A DNA stretch of 64,000 nucleotides from the NCBI GenBank assembly GCA_963796285.1, contig CAWCKW010000012.1, positions 864,001-928,000 on the forward strand, given 5' to 3'. The DNA comes from Nitrospirota bacterium (GTDB taxonomy: Bacteria > Nitrospirota > UBA9217). Within the stretch, counting starts at the first letter, position 1. Each line of letters starts with the position of its first letter. Positions 1 to 10,390 of the stretch are shown in pieces. A model generated the notes under the pieces. That model was given only the letters and a program-made list of their open reading frames with translations. It did not search any database and was not told the origin of the DNA. The position numbers were made by a program, and so were the translations under genes.

Positions 1-105
1 AAGAGCCGTCCCGTAGAGCACGGAAAGCCCGGACAAGAGGGAACCCCAGAAGGGCGATGTCCTCTTCCCCTGCATAATATCTTCAAAGAATGACTTACTG
101 AGCAA
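1..105 (-). CDS. lpxK: N-terminus of probable tetraacyldisaccharide 4'-kinase (partial, runs off window)
   Basis: Manual translation from TTG at 105: MLSKSFFEDIMQGKRTSPFWGSLLSGLSVLYGTAL; LxxLSxLYG is typical of the LpxK N-terminus; directly follows waaA. Confidence 0.65.
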   Translation of the reverse strand, partial: MLSKSFFEDIMQGKRTSPFWGSLLSGLSVLYGTAL

Positions 106-1357
106 CGATCAACCTTCCAACAGCATCAATGGTTTTCCGCGCTGCGCCTGAATTCATCTCGATCACGCTGAATGCACGCTCCCCTACGCTTCTTGCAAGA
201 TCAGTATCGGACAGAAGGTTATCCATCTGAACATAAAGTTCTTTTTTATCCTTAACCATGAAACCCCCGCCTGCTGACAGCAGGGCCTCCGATATCTCTT
301 TAAAGTTGAACATATAACGGCTGAATATAACGGGCTTTTTCATTGCCGCCGGCTCCAGAAGATTATGACCTCCTACCTTGACAAGGCTGCCCCCGATAAA
401 TGCGATATCGCAAAGGGAATAGAACGACCGGAGTTCTCCAATCGTATCAAGAAGAAGCACATCTTTTACCGGGCCGTGCAGCTTTGTCCTCCGCTGGCAA
501 TCGTATCCGGACTTATTGATGAGTCCTTCAACTTCATCGAACCGTTCTGGATGGCGGGGGGCAATAATGAGCAGCAGATTGGGATATTTCTGCCTAAGCT
601 GCTTAAAAACATCAAGGAGCGCGGCCTCTTCCCCCCGGTGGGTGCTACCCGCGGTGATGACCTTTTTGCCGGATGCAATGGAGACCGGAGCGGACGTGTT
701 CACTGGCAGTTTCTGGTCGAACTTGAGGTTTCCCGTTACCATGACCTTTTCCGGATCAGCGCCGATGTCCTTTATCCTCAGGGCGTCCGCCTCGGACTGC
801 ATGCAGAAGAGGGTCACGTTGTCAAAGACCTGGCTGAAAAATTTATTGAACTTCCGGTAATTTCTGTGCGAATTAGGCGAGATCCGTCCGTTGATCACCG
901 CGGAAGGTATCCCGGCCCGCTTCAGTTCGCGAAAGAAATTTGGCCATAACTCTGTTTCAGCCACCAGAACGATCTGAGGGTTGATGCCCTGTATGACCCT
1001 GCGCACAATACAGGGGAAATCGAAGGGGAAGTAAAAGACCGCATCCGCTTCAGGCACCCTCCGCCGAGCCGTGTAATTGCCGGTGACCGTAACAGTCGAG
1101 AGGATCAGCTTCCGGTGGGGGTACTTCTTTTTGAGCTCACGGATGAGCGGATGCGCGGCCATCACTTCACCTACTGAAACCGCATGGACCCAGATGGGGC
1201 GGCTCCCCTTGATCACCTTCAGCACGCCCTTACGCAGGCGGCCGAGCTTTTGAGTCATCCCTCCGCGATACTTGGGCACGGTTATCAGTTTGAACAGGAT
1301 CACCGGAAAGAGCAGCACGGTCGCCATGATCAGGAGCAGGTTGTAGAGAATGTACAT
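95..1357 (-). CDS. waaA: Kdo transferase (3-deoxy-D-manno-octulosonic acid transferase)
   Basis: IWVHAVSVGE, ETELWPN, GNLKFD, PRHPER, GGHNLLEPA motifs. Confidence 0.96.
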   Translation of the reverse strand: MYILYNLLLIMATVLLFPVILFKLITVPKYRGGMTQKLGRLRKGVLKVIKGSRPIWVHAVSVGEVMAAHPLIRELKKKYPHRKLILSTVTVTGNYTARRRVPEADAVFYFPFDFPCIVRRVIQGINPQIVLVAETELWPNFFRELKRAGIPSAVINGRISPNSHRNYRKFNKFFSQVFDNVTLFCMQSEADALRIKDIGADPEKVMVTGNLKFDQKLPVNTSAPVSIASGKKVITAGSTHRGEEAALLDVFKQLRQKYPNLLLIIAPRHPERFDEVEGLINKSGYDCQRRTKLHGPVKDVLLLDTIGELRSFYSLCDIAFIGGSLVKVGGHNLLEPAAMKKPVIFSRYMFNFKEISEALLSAGGGFMVKDKKELYVQMDNLLSDTDLARSVGERAFSVIEMNSGAARKTIDAVGRLIVAQ

Positions 1358-1452
1358 GAAACTACCTCATCTTCGGGCTTTAGCCCGCTTAGAGCCGCTC
1401 CACAACAACGAAGCATCGGTTTATCCAGAACATATGGATATTAGCCACGGCT

Positions 1453-2100
1453 CTAACGGGCCTTATAATAGTCGTCCGCCTGCGCCATGAGTCTGTTCAG
1501 CGCAGTCTCTAATTCTTGCCGCTTTCTCTTGAGTTCTTCCTCATCTATACCCTTCACGATGATCGGCTCACCGTACATAACGATCCCCTTGGTGAACGGT
1601 TTCGGGAGCAGGTACTTGTCCCAGGTCTTTTCGAGGATCCAGTAGCTCTTTGCGCTTGTGGTCACCGGAACGATCTGCTTGTCCAATTTCCCCGCCAGAT
1701 AAACTACCCCCTGTTTTGCTTCATAGAGGGGGCCGCGCGGGCCATCTACCCCAATCGCAAGATCTTTGCCTTTGCGGAGCCCGCTGACCAGTCCCAGGAG
1801 TGCACGGTCCCCCTTCCTCTTGCTCGATCCACGAACAACGTCAAAACCGAACCGCTTCAGAATCCCGGCCTGGATCTCGCCGTCACGGCTTTCACTGGCA
1901 GGAATGACTTTCCCGGAATTCCGGTGAGTATGGAACAGCATGAATTGCCTCCCGTGCCAGAAGGCATAAATGATGTTCTTACCCTCGGATGCAAGCCGGC
2001 CGGGGATCGCTTTATTCACAAATTGTATTCGCAGTGTTCGGCTCCAAAGCGAAAGCACGATCCATCCGATGAACGATAATATCCTTGCCCTGAACATCAC
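1453..2100 (-). CDS. DUF374 / lysophospholipid acyltransferase family protein
   Basis: AFWHGR, SxSRDGE, VRGSS, DGPRGP motifs; usual neighbour of waaA. Confidence 0.88.
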   Translation of the reverse strand: MMFRARILSFIGWIVLSLWSRTLRIQFVNKAIPGRLASEGKNIIYAFWHGRQFMLFHTHRNSGKVIPASESRDGEIQAGILKRFGFDVVRGSSKRKGDRALLGLVSGLRKGKDLAIGVDGPRGPLYEAKQGVVYLAGKLDKQIVPVTTSAKSYWILEKTWDKYLLPKPFTKGIVMYGEPIIVKGIDEEELKRKRQELETALNRLMAQADDYYKAR

Positions 2101-3848
2101 ACGGTCCTTACCGGTGCTTCGTCCTTGAACTGCTGTTCGTAAAGGTTCTTGTACTCCCCGCCCCGGACAAGGAGTTCCTCATGTCTGCCCTGTTCCACGA
2201 TCCTGCCGTCTTTGAGCACGATGATCCGGTCCGCGTTCATGATGGTCGAGAGGCGGTGGGCGATCACGAAGCTCGTTCTGCCCTTCATGAGCGTGTCGAG
2301 GGCGTTCTGCACTTCCCTCTCGGACTGTGTATCGAGCGACGATGTGGCCTCATCGAGAATGAGGATCGGTGCGTTTTTGAGCAATGCCCTGGCGATCGCG
2401 ATACGCTGGCGCTGCCCCCCTGAGAGCTTGACGCCCGATTCACCGATGACGGTGTCGTATCCCAGGGGAAGTGCCCGGATAAAGTCTTCGGCATAGGCCG
2501 ATCGCGCTGCACGGACAATATCCTCAAAGGGCCTAACGGTATCTCCATAGGCGATGTTGTCCTTCACCGTGTCGTTGAACAGGAACGTCTGTTGGGTAAC
2601 GATGGCGGTCAAAGAGCGGAGAGAACCGATTGACAGATCGCGAATATCCGTGTCGTCGATCAGGATCGACCCGCCGGTGACATCGTAAAAACGGGGGATG
2701 AGGTTCACAAAGGTCGTTTTGCCCCCGCCGCTCTTGCCGACGATCGCGATCGTCTCCCCTTTTTGAACGGTCAGATTGATGTCCTTCAGGACCATCGCAT
2801 CCTCATATTTGAAGGCAAGGTTCCGGAATTCGATCGTTCTGAAATCACGGGACACGGAACGTGCGCCCTTCCGGTCCGTGATCTCCGGCTCGGTGTCGAG
2901 GACTTCAAAGATGCGATGAGCGGCGGCAACTCCGTCCTGGACCGTGTTGTTCACCCCGTTCAGGTCCCTCAGCGGTCGGTAAAATAAGATGAGCGAGGCC
3001 AAAAAAGAAAAGAAATCACCGACCGTCATTCTGCCGATGGTAATGTAGTACAGGCCAAAGAGAATGACCAAGGAAGTCCCGAGGATGGATATCACCTCCA
3101 TCACGGGGCGAGAGACAGCGCCGGTCTTGATCGAACGCATAAGGGAGTTGAAAAGATTCTTATTCTTTTCGGTGAACCGCCTGCTCTCGTAAGTTTCCAT
3201 GCTGAAGGCCTTGACGATCCGGATGCCTCCTATGGTCTCATGGAGGTGCGTCGTGAGAATGCCGATCTGCTCCTGCATCTGCGTGCTCGCCCGTCGTAAC
3301 CGCTTGCTGAATTTTGACAACGCGAAGCCGGCAAGGGGCAGAACAATGATCGAAAAAATGGCGAGCCGCCAGTTGAGATAGAGAATATATCCGGTAAGCG
3401 CAACCATGGTGAAGACGCCCTGCACCAGGCTTGACGGCGCCTGGGTGAGAGCGCCCTGCACCAGGTTCACGTCGTTGACGATTCGGGAGATGATGACCCC
3501 GGTCGGCGTCCGGGTGAAGAACGAAAAGGACAGGGACTCGACGTGCGTGTAAAGCTGGTCGCGAATGTCATTCACGACCCTCTGTCCGATCCAACCCATC
3601 ATGTAATCCCGGGCATAGGCCGCGCCGCCCTTCAGGATGGTTACGAGGACGAGCGCGGGCGGCAGATAGAGGCCGAGGCCCATGTCTTTTGCCAGGATTA
3701 CCTTGTCCAGCACGGGCTTTACCAGATAGGCCTGCGCCGATATCAGCACACTGGTTATCCCCATAAAGACGATGGACCAGCCGATCCTGGCTTTATAGGG
3801 CCTCAGATAGGTGAAGAGCCTTCTGTAGATTTTCAGATCCTTGTTCAT
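2097..3848 (-). CDS. msbA: Lipid A export ABC transporter permease/ATPase
   Basis: TM domain plus GKSGGGKT, LSGGQRQR, ILDEATS; lies in the lpx operon. Confidence 0.92.
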   Translation of the reverse strand: MNKDLKIYRRLFTYLRPYKARIGWSIVFMGITSVLISAQAYLVKPVLDKVILAKDMGLGLYLPPALVLVTILKGGAAYARDYMMGWIGQRVVNDIRDQLYTHVESLSFSFFTRTPTGVIISRIVNDVNLVQGALTQAPSSLVQGVFTMVALTGYILYLNWRLAIFSIIVLPLAGFALSKFSKRLRRASTQMQEQIGILTTHLHETIGGIRIVKAFSMETYESRRFTEKNKNLFNSLMRSIKTGAVSRPVMEVISILGTSLVILFGLYYITIGRMTVGDFFSFLASLILFYRPLRDLNGVNNTVQDGVAAAHRIFEVLDTEPEITDRKGARSVSRDFRTIEFRNLAFKYEDAMVLKDINLTVQKGETIAIVGKSGGGKTTFVNLIPRFYDVTGGSILIDDTDIRDLSIGSLRSLTAIVTQQTFLFNDTVKDNIAYGDTVRPFEDIVRAARSAYAEDFIRALPLGYDTVIGESGVKLSGGQRQRIAIARALLKNAPILILDEATSSLDTQSEREVQNALDTLMKGRTSFVIAHRLSTIMNADRIIVLKDGRIVEQGRHEELLVRGGEYKNLYEQQFKDEAPVRTV

Positions 3849-4984
3849 GTCGTAAGCAATTCCCTGACGACCGCGGCAGCCCTTGCTGACGCGCCGGCAT
3901 CTCCAAGCCGCTTCCGCACTCTGTCGAGGCCCTCTCGTATCTGATCATAATAGGCAGGATCGTTCAGCATCCTGGCAACGGCATCGGCCATGTGCTGCGG
4001 CGTCGACTCCTCCTGGATCAGCTCGGGAACAAGCCGTTCATCCGCTACGATATTCACGAGGCCTACATGCTTCAACCCGGCATGCACCAGCCTGCTGACG
4101 ATGTAGTATGTTATTGCCGATATACGATAAACGATCACCATCGGTATCGCCATAAGACCTGTTTCCAGTGTGGCCGTACCGGACGTGACGATGGCTGCAT
4201 CCGATGCTCGCAGCACGTCGTACACCCTCCCCTCGACCACTCGAACGGAGACACCGCACTGTTCCACAAATGAGCGAACGAAACTCAGTTCCAGTGTCGG
4301 CGCAACGGGAAGAATAAACTGCAGGTCCTGAAACCGGGTAGAGAGGATCTTTGCCGCAGCAAGCATGTCAGGCAGGAGATGCATCAGCTCTGATGTTCTG
4401 CTGCCCGGCAGCAGGGCGATGGTGCGACGGGACGCATCAAGGCCAAACGCGTTCTTCGCCTGTTCCTTGGTAAGGTCCGATTGCACAACGTCCGTGAGTG
4501 GATGACCCACGAACCGGACATCAACACCCGCCTTCTCGTAGAGCGTGACTTCGAAGGGGAAAACGACGATCATTGCCTTTACCAGCCGGGCGATCGTCTT
4601 GATCCTGCCCTTTCTCCATACCCATACCTGGGGGCTTATGTAATATAAAACCGGGATGCCAAGCCGTTGCGCTGCCTTGCCGAGCATGATATTAAAGTCG
4701 GGAAAGTCGATCAGGACAAGGAGGTCAGGCCGCTCGTGCTTCAGAAAACGCTTCAATATCGCATAGACCCGGTAGATCACGCGAAGATGGGTCAACACCT
4801 CCGTGATCCCGACGACCGAGATCTCCTTTGCATCGGCAAGCATCCTGACGCCGGCCTTCTGCATCTGCTTGCTGCCGACGCCGTAAATGTCTATCGCGGG
4901 ATCCTGCTTCCAGATCTCCCGCGCGAGGTTTGCGCCATGCAGATCGCCTGACGCTTCCCCCGACATGATCATGATCTTCTTCAT
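3845..4984 (-). CDS. lpxB: Lipid-A-disaccharide synthase
   Basis: GEASGDLHG, IDFPDFN, SPQVWVWR, LLPGSR, SGTATLE. Confidence 0.96.
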   Translation of the reverse strand: MKKIMIMSGEASGDLHGANLAREIWKQDPAIDIYGVGSKQMQKAGVRMLADAKEISVVGITEVLTHLRVIYRVYAILKRFLKHERPDLLVLIDFPDFNIMLGKAAQRLGIPVLYYISPQVWVWRKGRIKTIARLVKAMIVVFPFEVTLYEKAGVDVRFVGHPLTDVVQSDLTKEQAKNAFGLDASRRTIALLPGSRTSELMHLLPDMLAAAKILSTRFQDLQFILPVAPTLELSFVRSFVEQCGVSVRVVEGRVYDVLRASDAAIVTSGTATLETGLMAIPMVIVYRISAITYYIVSRLVHAGLKHVGLVNIVADERLVPELIQEESTPQHMADAVARMLNDPAYYDQIREGLDRVRKRLGDAGASARAAAVVRELLTT

Positions 4985-5027
4985 ATCGGTTTTCCGGCAT
5001 CTGTCTTGAGACTTCTGACATCTGTTT

Positions 5028-6128
5028 TCACAGCGCCTGCTTCACTGCTTCAGCCACTTTCTTGATCTGTTCTTCCGTTAGTTCAGGATACATGGGAAGC
5101 GACAACACCTCGAGCGCGGCTTGTTCCGATGCGGGAAGACTTCCAGGCTTCATGCCGAGGTCCTTATACGCAGTCTGCACATGCAGCGGAACAGGATAAT
5201 AGATCATGGATGAGGTTATGCCCCCCGCGTCAAGCTTCTGCTTCACCTTATCCCGGTTCTTGACCCTGATCGTATACTGGTGGAAAACATGTTTTGTTCC
5301 GTTCTGTTCCGATGGCGTATGGATGCCTGGGGCATTGAGGTATTTTGAGTATAACTGGGCATTGTTCCGGCGCTTTGCGTTATATTCCTCAATATGCTTG
5401 AACTTGACGCGGATGATCGCGGCCTGGATCTCATCCAGCCTGCTGTTGAACCCCACTTCATCGTGGTAATAGCGCACCTTGCTGCCGTGGTTCCTCAGGC
5501 TCAACAGATGCTCCGCTTGTTTTGCGTCATCAGTGATCACCATGCCCCCATCGCCGTACCCGCCAAGGTTCTTGCTCGGAAAGAAGCTGAAGCAGCCAAA
5601 ATCACCGATGGCCCCGGTCTTTTTCCCATGGTATTCGGCGCCAAAAGACTGGGCGCAGTCCTCGATCACCATGAGTTTGTGTTTTTTTGCGATCTCCATA
5701 AGCCCATCCATATTTACCGGCTGACCGTAAAGATGCACCGGGATGATGGCCTTTGTTCTTTTGGTGATGGCCGGACCAATCTTGGTAATATCAATATTGA
5801 ACGAATCGGGATCGATGTCCACGAACACCGGTATTGCGCCGACATAGGAGATGGCCTCTGCCGTTGCAATGAACGTGAACGGCGTGGTGATCACTTCATC
5901 ACCCCGCTTTATCCCCGCGGCAAGCAGCGCAAGGTGCAGGGCGTCCGTACCGGACGCCACGGCCACGGCATGCTTCACCCCGTGATAGCCGGCGATCTCC
6001 TCTTCGATCGCCTTGCCCTGCGGGCCGAGGATAAAATGTGCACTCTGCATCACACTGAGAACGGCGCTGTTGATCTCATCCTTGATCGCTTCGTACTGAG
6101 TCTTGAGGTCAACCATGGGTACTGTCAT
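5028..6128 (-). CDS. gnnB: DegT/DnrJ/EryC1/StrS PLP aminotransferase (GnnB-like)
   Basis: SGTDAL, EDCAQS, FSFFPSKNLG; position between lpxA/lpxI and lpxB. Confidence 0.8.
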   Translation of the reverse strand: MTVPMVDLKTQYEAIKDEINSAVLSVMQSAHFILGPQGKAIEEEIAGYHGVKHAVAVASGTDALHLALLAAGIKRGDEVITTPFTFIATAEAISYVGAIPVFVDIDPDSFNIDITKIGPAITKRTKAIIPVHLYGQPVNMDGLMEIAKKHKLMVIEDCAQSFGAEYHGKKTGAIGDFGCFSFFPSKNLGGYGDGGMVITDDAKQAEHLLSLRNHGSKVRYYHDEVGFNSRLDEIQAAIIRVKFKHIEEYNAKRRNNAQLYSKYLNAPGIHTPSEQNGTKHVFHQYTIRVKNRDKVKQKLDAGGITSSMIYYPVPLHVQTAYKDLGMKPGSLPASEQAALEVLSLPMYPELTEEQIKKVAEAVKQAL

Positions 6129-6182
6129 ACTTTTTTAGGAACTCCTTTGAAATTCTGAATTCAAAATGGCAGGGAAACTTTG

Positions 6183-6283
6183 CCACAGTGGTCACAGAGT
6201 AAAAAGAGAAAGTCTCAAATCACTTTATGAAGGCATAACATTTTTTCACCCTCTATGATATTTCATCTCTGTGTTCTCTGTGG
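6183..6283. repeat. Short intergenic imperfect inverted repeat (CCACAG..CACAGAG / CTCTGTG..CTGTGG)
   Basis: ccacagtggtcacagag and ctctgtgttctctgtgg flank an AT-rich spacer. Confidence 0.5.
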
Positions 6284-6314
6284 TAATTAACTTTACTGTT
6301 TTTATTTGTACGTA

Positions 6315-7262
6315 TCAAACTGGAACAAAACCGTTCATCCCTTTTTCAATATTCTCGGTAATGATACTTGCAAGGGCCAGCGCCCGTCTGCCTTCAATAC
6401 CGGACACGAGCGGTCTGACGCCGTTCTGAACGCTCTGCACAAACGCCCGGATTTCATCTTCCAGCGTATCCCGCCGGTCGCTCGAAATGTCCTGTGCGAT
6501 CAGATGGGGAACCGGACCGGGTTGATTACGAGAGACGGTCGCCTTCTGTGTGTGGTAATCGGATGCATAGATCGCATGTTCATCAAATACCCGGAGCAGT
6601 CGTTTTTTTTCATCCGAGACCCTGCTGGCCGTGATGTCGGCGAAACATCCGTCCTGAAAGATGATCCGCGCTGACGCTATGTCGATCTCCTGTGTGATGA
6701 TCGAAACGCCGACAGCGCTGACTTCTTTCGGCGCTGATCCGGCAAGGTCCATGACGATATCGAGGTCGTGGATCATAAGATCAAGGACCACATTCACGTC
6801 CGTGCACCTTACCGTGAACGGTGCAGCCCGTTCCGCCGTGATATATCTCGGCGTTCTGATCAACGACTTGATCGCCGTGACCGCGGGATTGAACCGTTCA
6901 ATATGTCCCACCTGCAGGATCATGCCCCGGCGGGCCGCAAGATCGATCAGTTCATCAGCCTGCTCAAGGGTCACGGTCATTGGCTTCTCGATCAGCACAT
7001 GGGCCCCCTGCTCCAGGAACTGTTTTGCAATGCGATGGTGCAGGACTGTCGGCACCACGATACTTACAGCATCCACCTTGCCGATCAAATGAGATGGATC
7101 GGTAAAAACCTGCGTTTTCAGCTTCCCGGCGAGCTGAGATACGCGGAGTGAATCAGGATCCACCAGTCCGACGAGTTCAACCTCGGGAATGCCTGCGTAT
7201 TTTTCCGCATGAAACTGCCCCAGATACCCGACGCCGATAACGCCCACCCGCACTTTGTTCAT
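6315..7262 (-). CDS. gnnA: Gfo/Idh/MocA NAD-dependent oxidoreductase (GnnA-like)
   Basis: GVIGVGYLG, EKP, VGHIERFNP, DLMIHDLD; adjacent to the aminotransferase in the lpx operon. Confidence 0.8.
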   Translation of the reverse strand: MNKVRVGVIGVGYLGQFHAEKYAGIPEVELVGLVDPDSLRVSQLAGKLKTQVFTDPSHLIGKVDAVSIVVPTVLHHRIAKQFLEQGAHVLIEKPMTVTLEQADELIDLAARRGMILQVGHIERFNPAVTAIKSLIRTPRYITAERAAPFTVRCTDVNVVLDLMIHDLDIVMDLAGSAPKEVSAVGVSIITQEIDIASARIIFQDGCFADITASRVSDEKKRLLRVFDEHAIYASDYHTQKATVSRNQPGPVPHLIAQDISSDRRDTLEDEIRAFVQSVQNGVRPLVSGIEGRRALALASIITENIEKGMNGFVPV

Positions 7263-8080
7263 GCGATATCCTTCAGGTCCTGAATTGCTATGATCGTAAT
7301 GCCTGCCCGATCTGCGTCGTTGATCACTGTTTCACGCTCGATGACAATGGTTTTACCTGCTTCAACGGCTAAACAGGATGCTTTTACCTCGAGCATTGAT
7401 TTGATCGTCTGGGTACCGATCGCCGGGAGGTCAAACCGGAGGTCCTGATGCGGCTTGCAGACCTTGACAACGACCGCTCCCTGACCACACAGCTTGCCGC
7501 CGCGGCGAATGGCCTCATCAGTGCCTTCAATGGCCTCCACGGCAAGAATGACCTGGTCCTTTACCACGACAGTTTGTCCGATGTCCAATCGGCCGATCTC
7601 TTTTGCCATCTGCCATCCGAACTCGATGTCCCGACGTTCCTCTTTCGAGGGTTTTCTTTTCGTCAAAACGCCCTGTTGCGCAACGATGTTGTCGAGGTAG
7701 AGCGTCGATTCGCGGACGGTAATTCCTTCGGACTTCAGTTCATCTGCAACAGCGCGAAGCAAGGAGTCATCTTTTTTATGGACCATTTTGGCAAGCATCG
7801 CCATACCCCGCATATCAGGCATGGTACCGCTGAAGAACCGTGTTTTCTTGATACCACCGGCCATCAGCACGTCAACGACTCCCTGCTCTTTTAAAATATG
7901 TATGATCTTGCCGAGCTGTCCGACCTTGACCCAGAATATCGCGTCAACCAACTGCGCCAATTCAGGCAGGGTCTCGCCTTCGTGCGCCACGGCGATGACC
8001 TGCAGCCCCTTCTCTTTTGCCGCCCGCGCAAAGGCGATGGGGAAATTGCCGTTCCCCGCTATTAAACCGATCTTATTCAT
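7259..8080 (-). CDS. lpxI: UDP-2,3-diacylglucosamine pyrophosphatase
   Basis: IGLIAGNGNFP, DIGQTVVV, AVEAIEGTD, QDLRFDLP. Confidence 0.93.
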   Translation of the reverse strand: MNKIGLIAGNGNFPIAFARAAKEKGLQVIAVAHEGETLPELAQLVDAIFWVKVGQLGKIIHILKEQGVVDVLMAGGIKKTRFFSGTMPDMRGMAMLAKMVHKKDDSLLRAVADELKSEGITVRESTLYLDNIVAQQGVLTKRKPSKEERRDIEFGWQMAKEIGRLDIGQTVVVKDQVILAVEAIEGTDEAIRRGGKLCGQGAVVVKVCKPHQDLRFDLPAIGTQTIKSMLEVKASCLAVEAGKTIVIERETVINDADRAGITIIAIQDLKDIA

Positions 8081-8126
8081 ACCCTGCATTACTTCCGGTT
8101 TCCGGCTCCTGACCTCTGTTGTTATA

Positions 8127-8900
8127 CTACCGCGTCACTCCCCGTTTTGATTTTCGCATGAAGTCGACCAGGTAATGCACTTCGCCGGTATCGGGAAACT
8201 CCTCCAGCGCTTTTTTGAATGCCTCGTCCTGCATGAGTCCCGACCGGAAGATGATCTTATAGGCCTTTTTCAGGTCGTTGATGACCTGGTCGCTGAAACC
8301 TTTGCGCTTGAGACCCACGAGATTCAGTCCATAGAGCTGCGCGCGGTTGCCGGTGGCGTTGACATACGGCGGTACATCCAGCACTATTGCGGACTGGCCG
8401 CCGATCATGGAGTACGCGCCGATTCTGATGAACTGGTGGATGCCGACAAAAGCGCCAAGCACGGCGAAATCCTCCACGGTTACATGACCGCCGAAGGCGG
8501 CGTTGTTGGCCATGATAATATTGTTCCCCAGCTTGCAATCATGGGCCACATGGACATAGGACATAAGAAAGTTCTTGTTGCCGATCTCCGTCTTCCGGTC
8601 CGCCTTTGTCGTGGCACGATGGACGGTCGCGAATTCCCGGATAACGTTGTCGTTGCCGATGATCAGATAGGTCTCTTCATTTTTATATCCAATATCCTGA
8701 GGAGGCGACCCGATGCACGAAAAGGAATGGATCTGATTCCGTTCGCCGATCGTGGTCCACCCCTCGATCAGGACATGGGATGCGATCTTCGTATCCTTTC
8801 CTATCGTTACGTGTTCGCCAATGACCGCATAGGGGCCGATCGAAACGCCCTCGGCGATCTGCGCCTTCGGATGCACAATTGCAGTTGAATGAATGTTCAC
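8127..8900 (-). CDS. lpxA: Acyl-ACP--UDP-N-acetylglucosamine acyltransferase
   Basis: Hexapeptide repeats, PQD, HVAHDC, GLNLVGLKR. Confidence 0.96.
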   Translation of the reverse strand: MNIHSTAIVHPKAQIAEGVSIGPYAVIGEHVTIGKDTKIASHVLIEGWTTIGERNQIHSFSCIGSPPQDIGYKNEETYLIIGNDNVIREFATVHRATTKADRKTEIGNKNFLMSYVHVAHDCKLGNNIIMANNAAFGGHVTVEDFAVLGAFVGIHQFIRIGAYSMIGGQSAIVLDVPPYVNATGNRAQLYGLNLVGLKRKGFSDQVINDLKKAYKIIFRSGLMQDEAFKKALEEFPDTGEVHYLVDFMRKSKRGVTR

Positions 8901-8919
8901 TGCCTCTCCTGTCGATCTT

Positions 8920-9357
8920 CTACTTATCCACGATCATGGCCATCATCTCGGCCTCGGCAACCACTGCACCGTCCACCGTCGCCACTGCCTTAAAGCTCAT
9001 GATGGTGCCGCGCGCCCTGAGCATGGTGAGTTCAAAACGCACCTGGTCGCCAGGCGTCACGGGCTTGCGGAATTTCGCTTTATCGAGGCTCATGAAATAG
9101 AGGACCTTTTTCTTGACCTCTTCCGCCGGCAACGACATGAGTGCCATTACGCCGCCCGTCTGCGCCATTGCCTCCAGGAGCAGAACGCCCGGCATAATGG
9201 GATGACCGGGAAAGTGCCCCTGAAAAAACGGCTCGTTGATCGTTACATTTTTAAGTCCCACGATCCGCTTGCCTTGCTCGAATTCGAGGATACGATCGAT
9301 CATCAGAAACGGATACCGGTGAGGAAGGAAATCCATAACCTCATTGATTGTGAGCAT
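8920..9357 (-). CDS. fabZ: 3-hydroxyacyl-ACP dehydratase
   Basis: LPHRYPFL, FFQGHFP, MPGVLLLEAMAQ. Confidence 0.97.
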   Translation of the reverse strand: MLTINEVMDFLPHRYPFLMIDRILEFEQGKRIVGLKNVTINEPFFQGHFPGHPIMPGVLLLEAMAQTGGVMALMSLPAEEVKKKVLYFMSLDKAKFRKPVTPGDQVRFELTMLRARGTIMSFKAVATVDGAVVAEAEMMAMIVDK

Positions 9358-9358
9358 G

Positions 9359-10381
9359 CTATTCCCCCTTCTTATTCAGTTCTTTTACCTGTTTCTCTAA
9401 CTCAGCCACGAGCTTTTTCAACTCCGGCAGCTTCGGCAGCACCGCCTGAACCTTGAGCCAGTCCCTCTGCGGCATTGAGTAGGTTCCACCCACCACCTGA
9501 GCGGGTTCAATGTCTTTAATGATGCCGGACTGCGCTGATGCCATGGCGCGATCACCGATTGTCACATGATCGGCAATTCCTACTTGTCCTCCCAAAACAA
9601 CCCAGTTGCCGATCGTGCAGCTCCCGGAAATCCCAACTTGAGCGATGAGAATGCAGTGCTCGCCGACCGTCACATTATGGGCAATATGCACGAGGTTATC
9701 GATCTTGGTTCCCTTTTTAACGACGGTGTTGCCGAGGGTAGCGCGGTCAATGGTACTGTTCGCGCCGATCTCCACATCGTCTTCTATGATCACCCCGCCC
9801 ACCTGGGGTATCTTATGGTGTCGTCCGCCGTCGGTCACGAACCCGAAGCCGTCTCTGCCCAGCACGGCCCCGGAATTGATGATCACCCTCTTGCCGATCC
9901 GTATGTTCTCACCGATACTCACATTTGCATGAATGACGGAATCATCATCGACAACCGAACCCCTTCCGATCGAGACCCCGGGGTATACCGTAACGCGTTC
10001 GCCGATCTTCACCTCATCGGCCAAAACGGCAAAGGCATGAATAGAGGGGTCGGCTCCGATAACAACGTTCGCGCCGATCGCCGCTTTCTCGCTGATGCCG
10101 CTCGCTCGATAGGATTTGACATAAAACAGCTTGAGGGTCTGTGCGAATGCAAGCCGGGGATTTTTCAGCCGGAGCAGCGGCAAATGCATTGCCGGGGTGT
10201 CCAACGGCACCAGGGCTGCTGAAGCCCGCGAGCGCTCGAGGTCCTTGAGGCGATCTTTTCCATCGATGAAGGTAATCTGTCCTTCTATCGCGTCGCTCAC
10301 GCCTGCGGCGCCTCTGATGTCGACGTCAGCGGGTCCGGTCAGTACCGCACCGAGTATGTCTGCCAGTTCTTTCAGCTTCAT
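9359..10381 (-). CDS. lpxD: UDP-3-O-acyl-glucosamine N-acyltransferase
   Basis: DGFGF, KIPQVGGV, TKIDNLVHIAHNV. Confidence 0.96.
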   Translation of the reverse strand: MKLKELADILGAVLTGPADVDIRGAAGVSDAIEGQITFIDGKDRLKDLERSRASAALVPLDTPAMHLPLLRLKNPRLAFAQTLKLFYVKSYRASGISEKAAIGANVVIGADPSIHAFAVLADEVKIGERVTVYPGVSIGRGSVVDDDSVIHANVSIGENIRIGKRVIINSGAVLGRDGFGFVTDGGRHHKIPQVGGVIIEDDVEIGANSTIDRATLGNTVVKKGTKIDNLVHIAHNVTVGEHCILIAQVGISGSCTIGNWVVLGGQVGIADHVTIGDRAMASAQSGIIKDIEPAQVVGGTYSMPQRDWLKVQAVLPKLPELKKLVAELEKQVKELNKKGE

Positions 10382-10390
10382 AGTCAGTAA

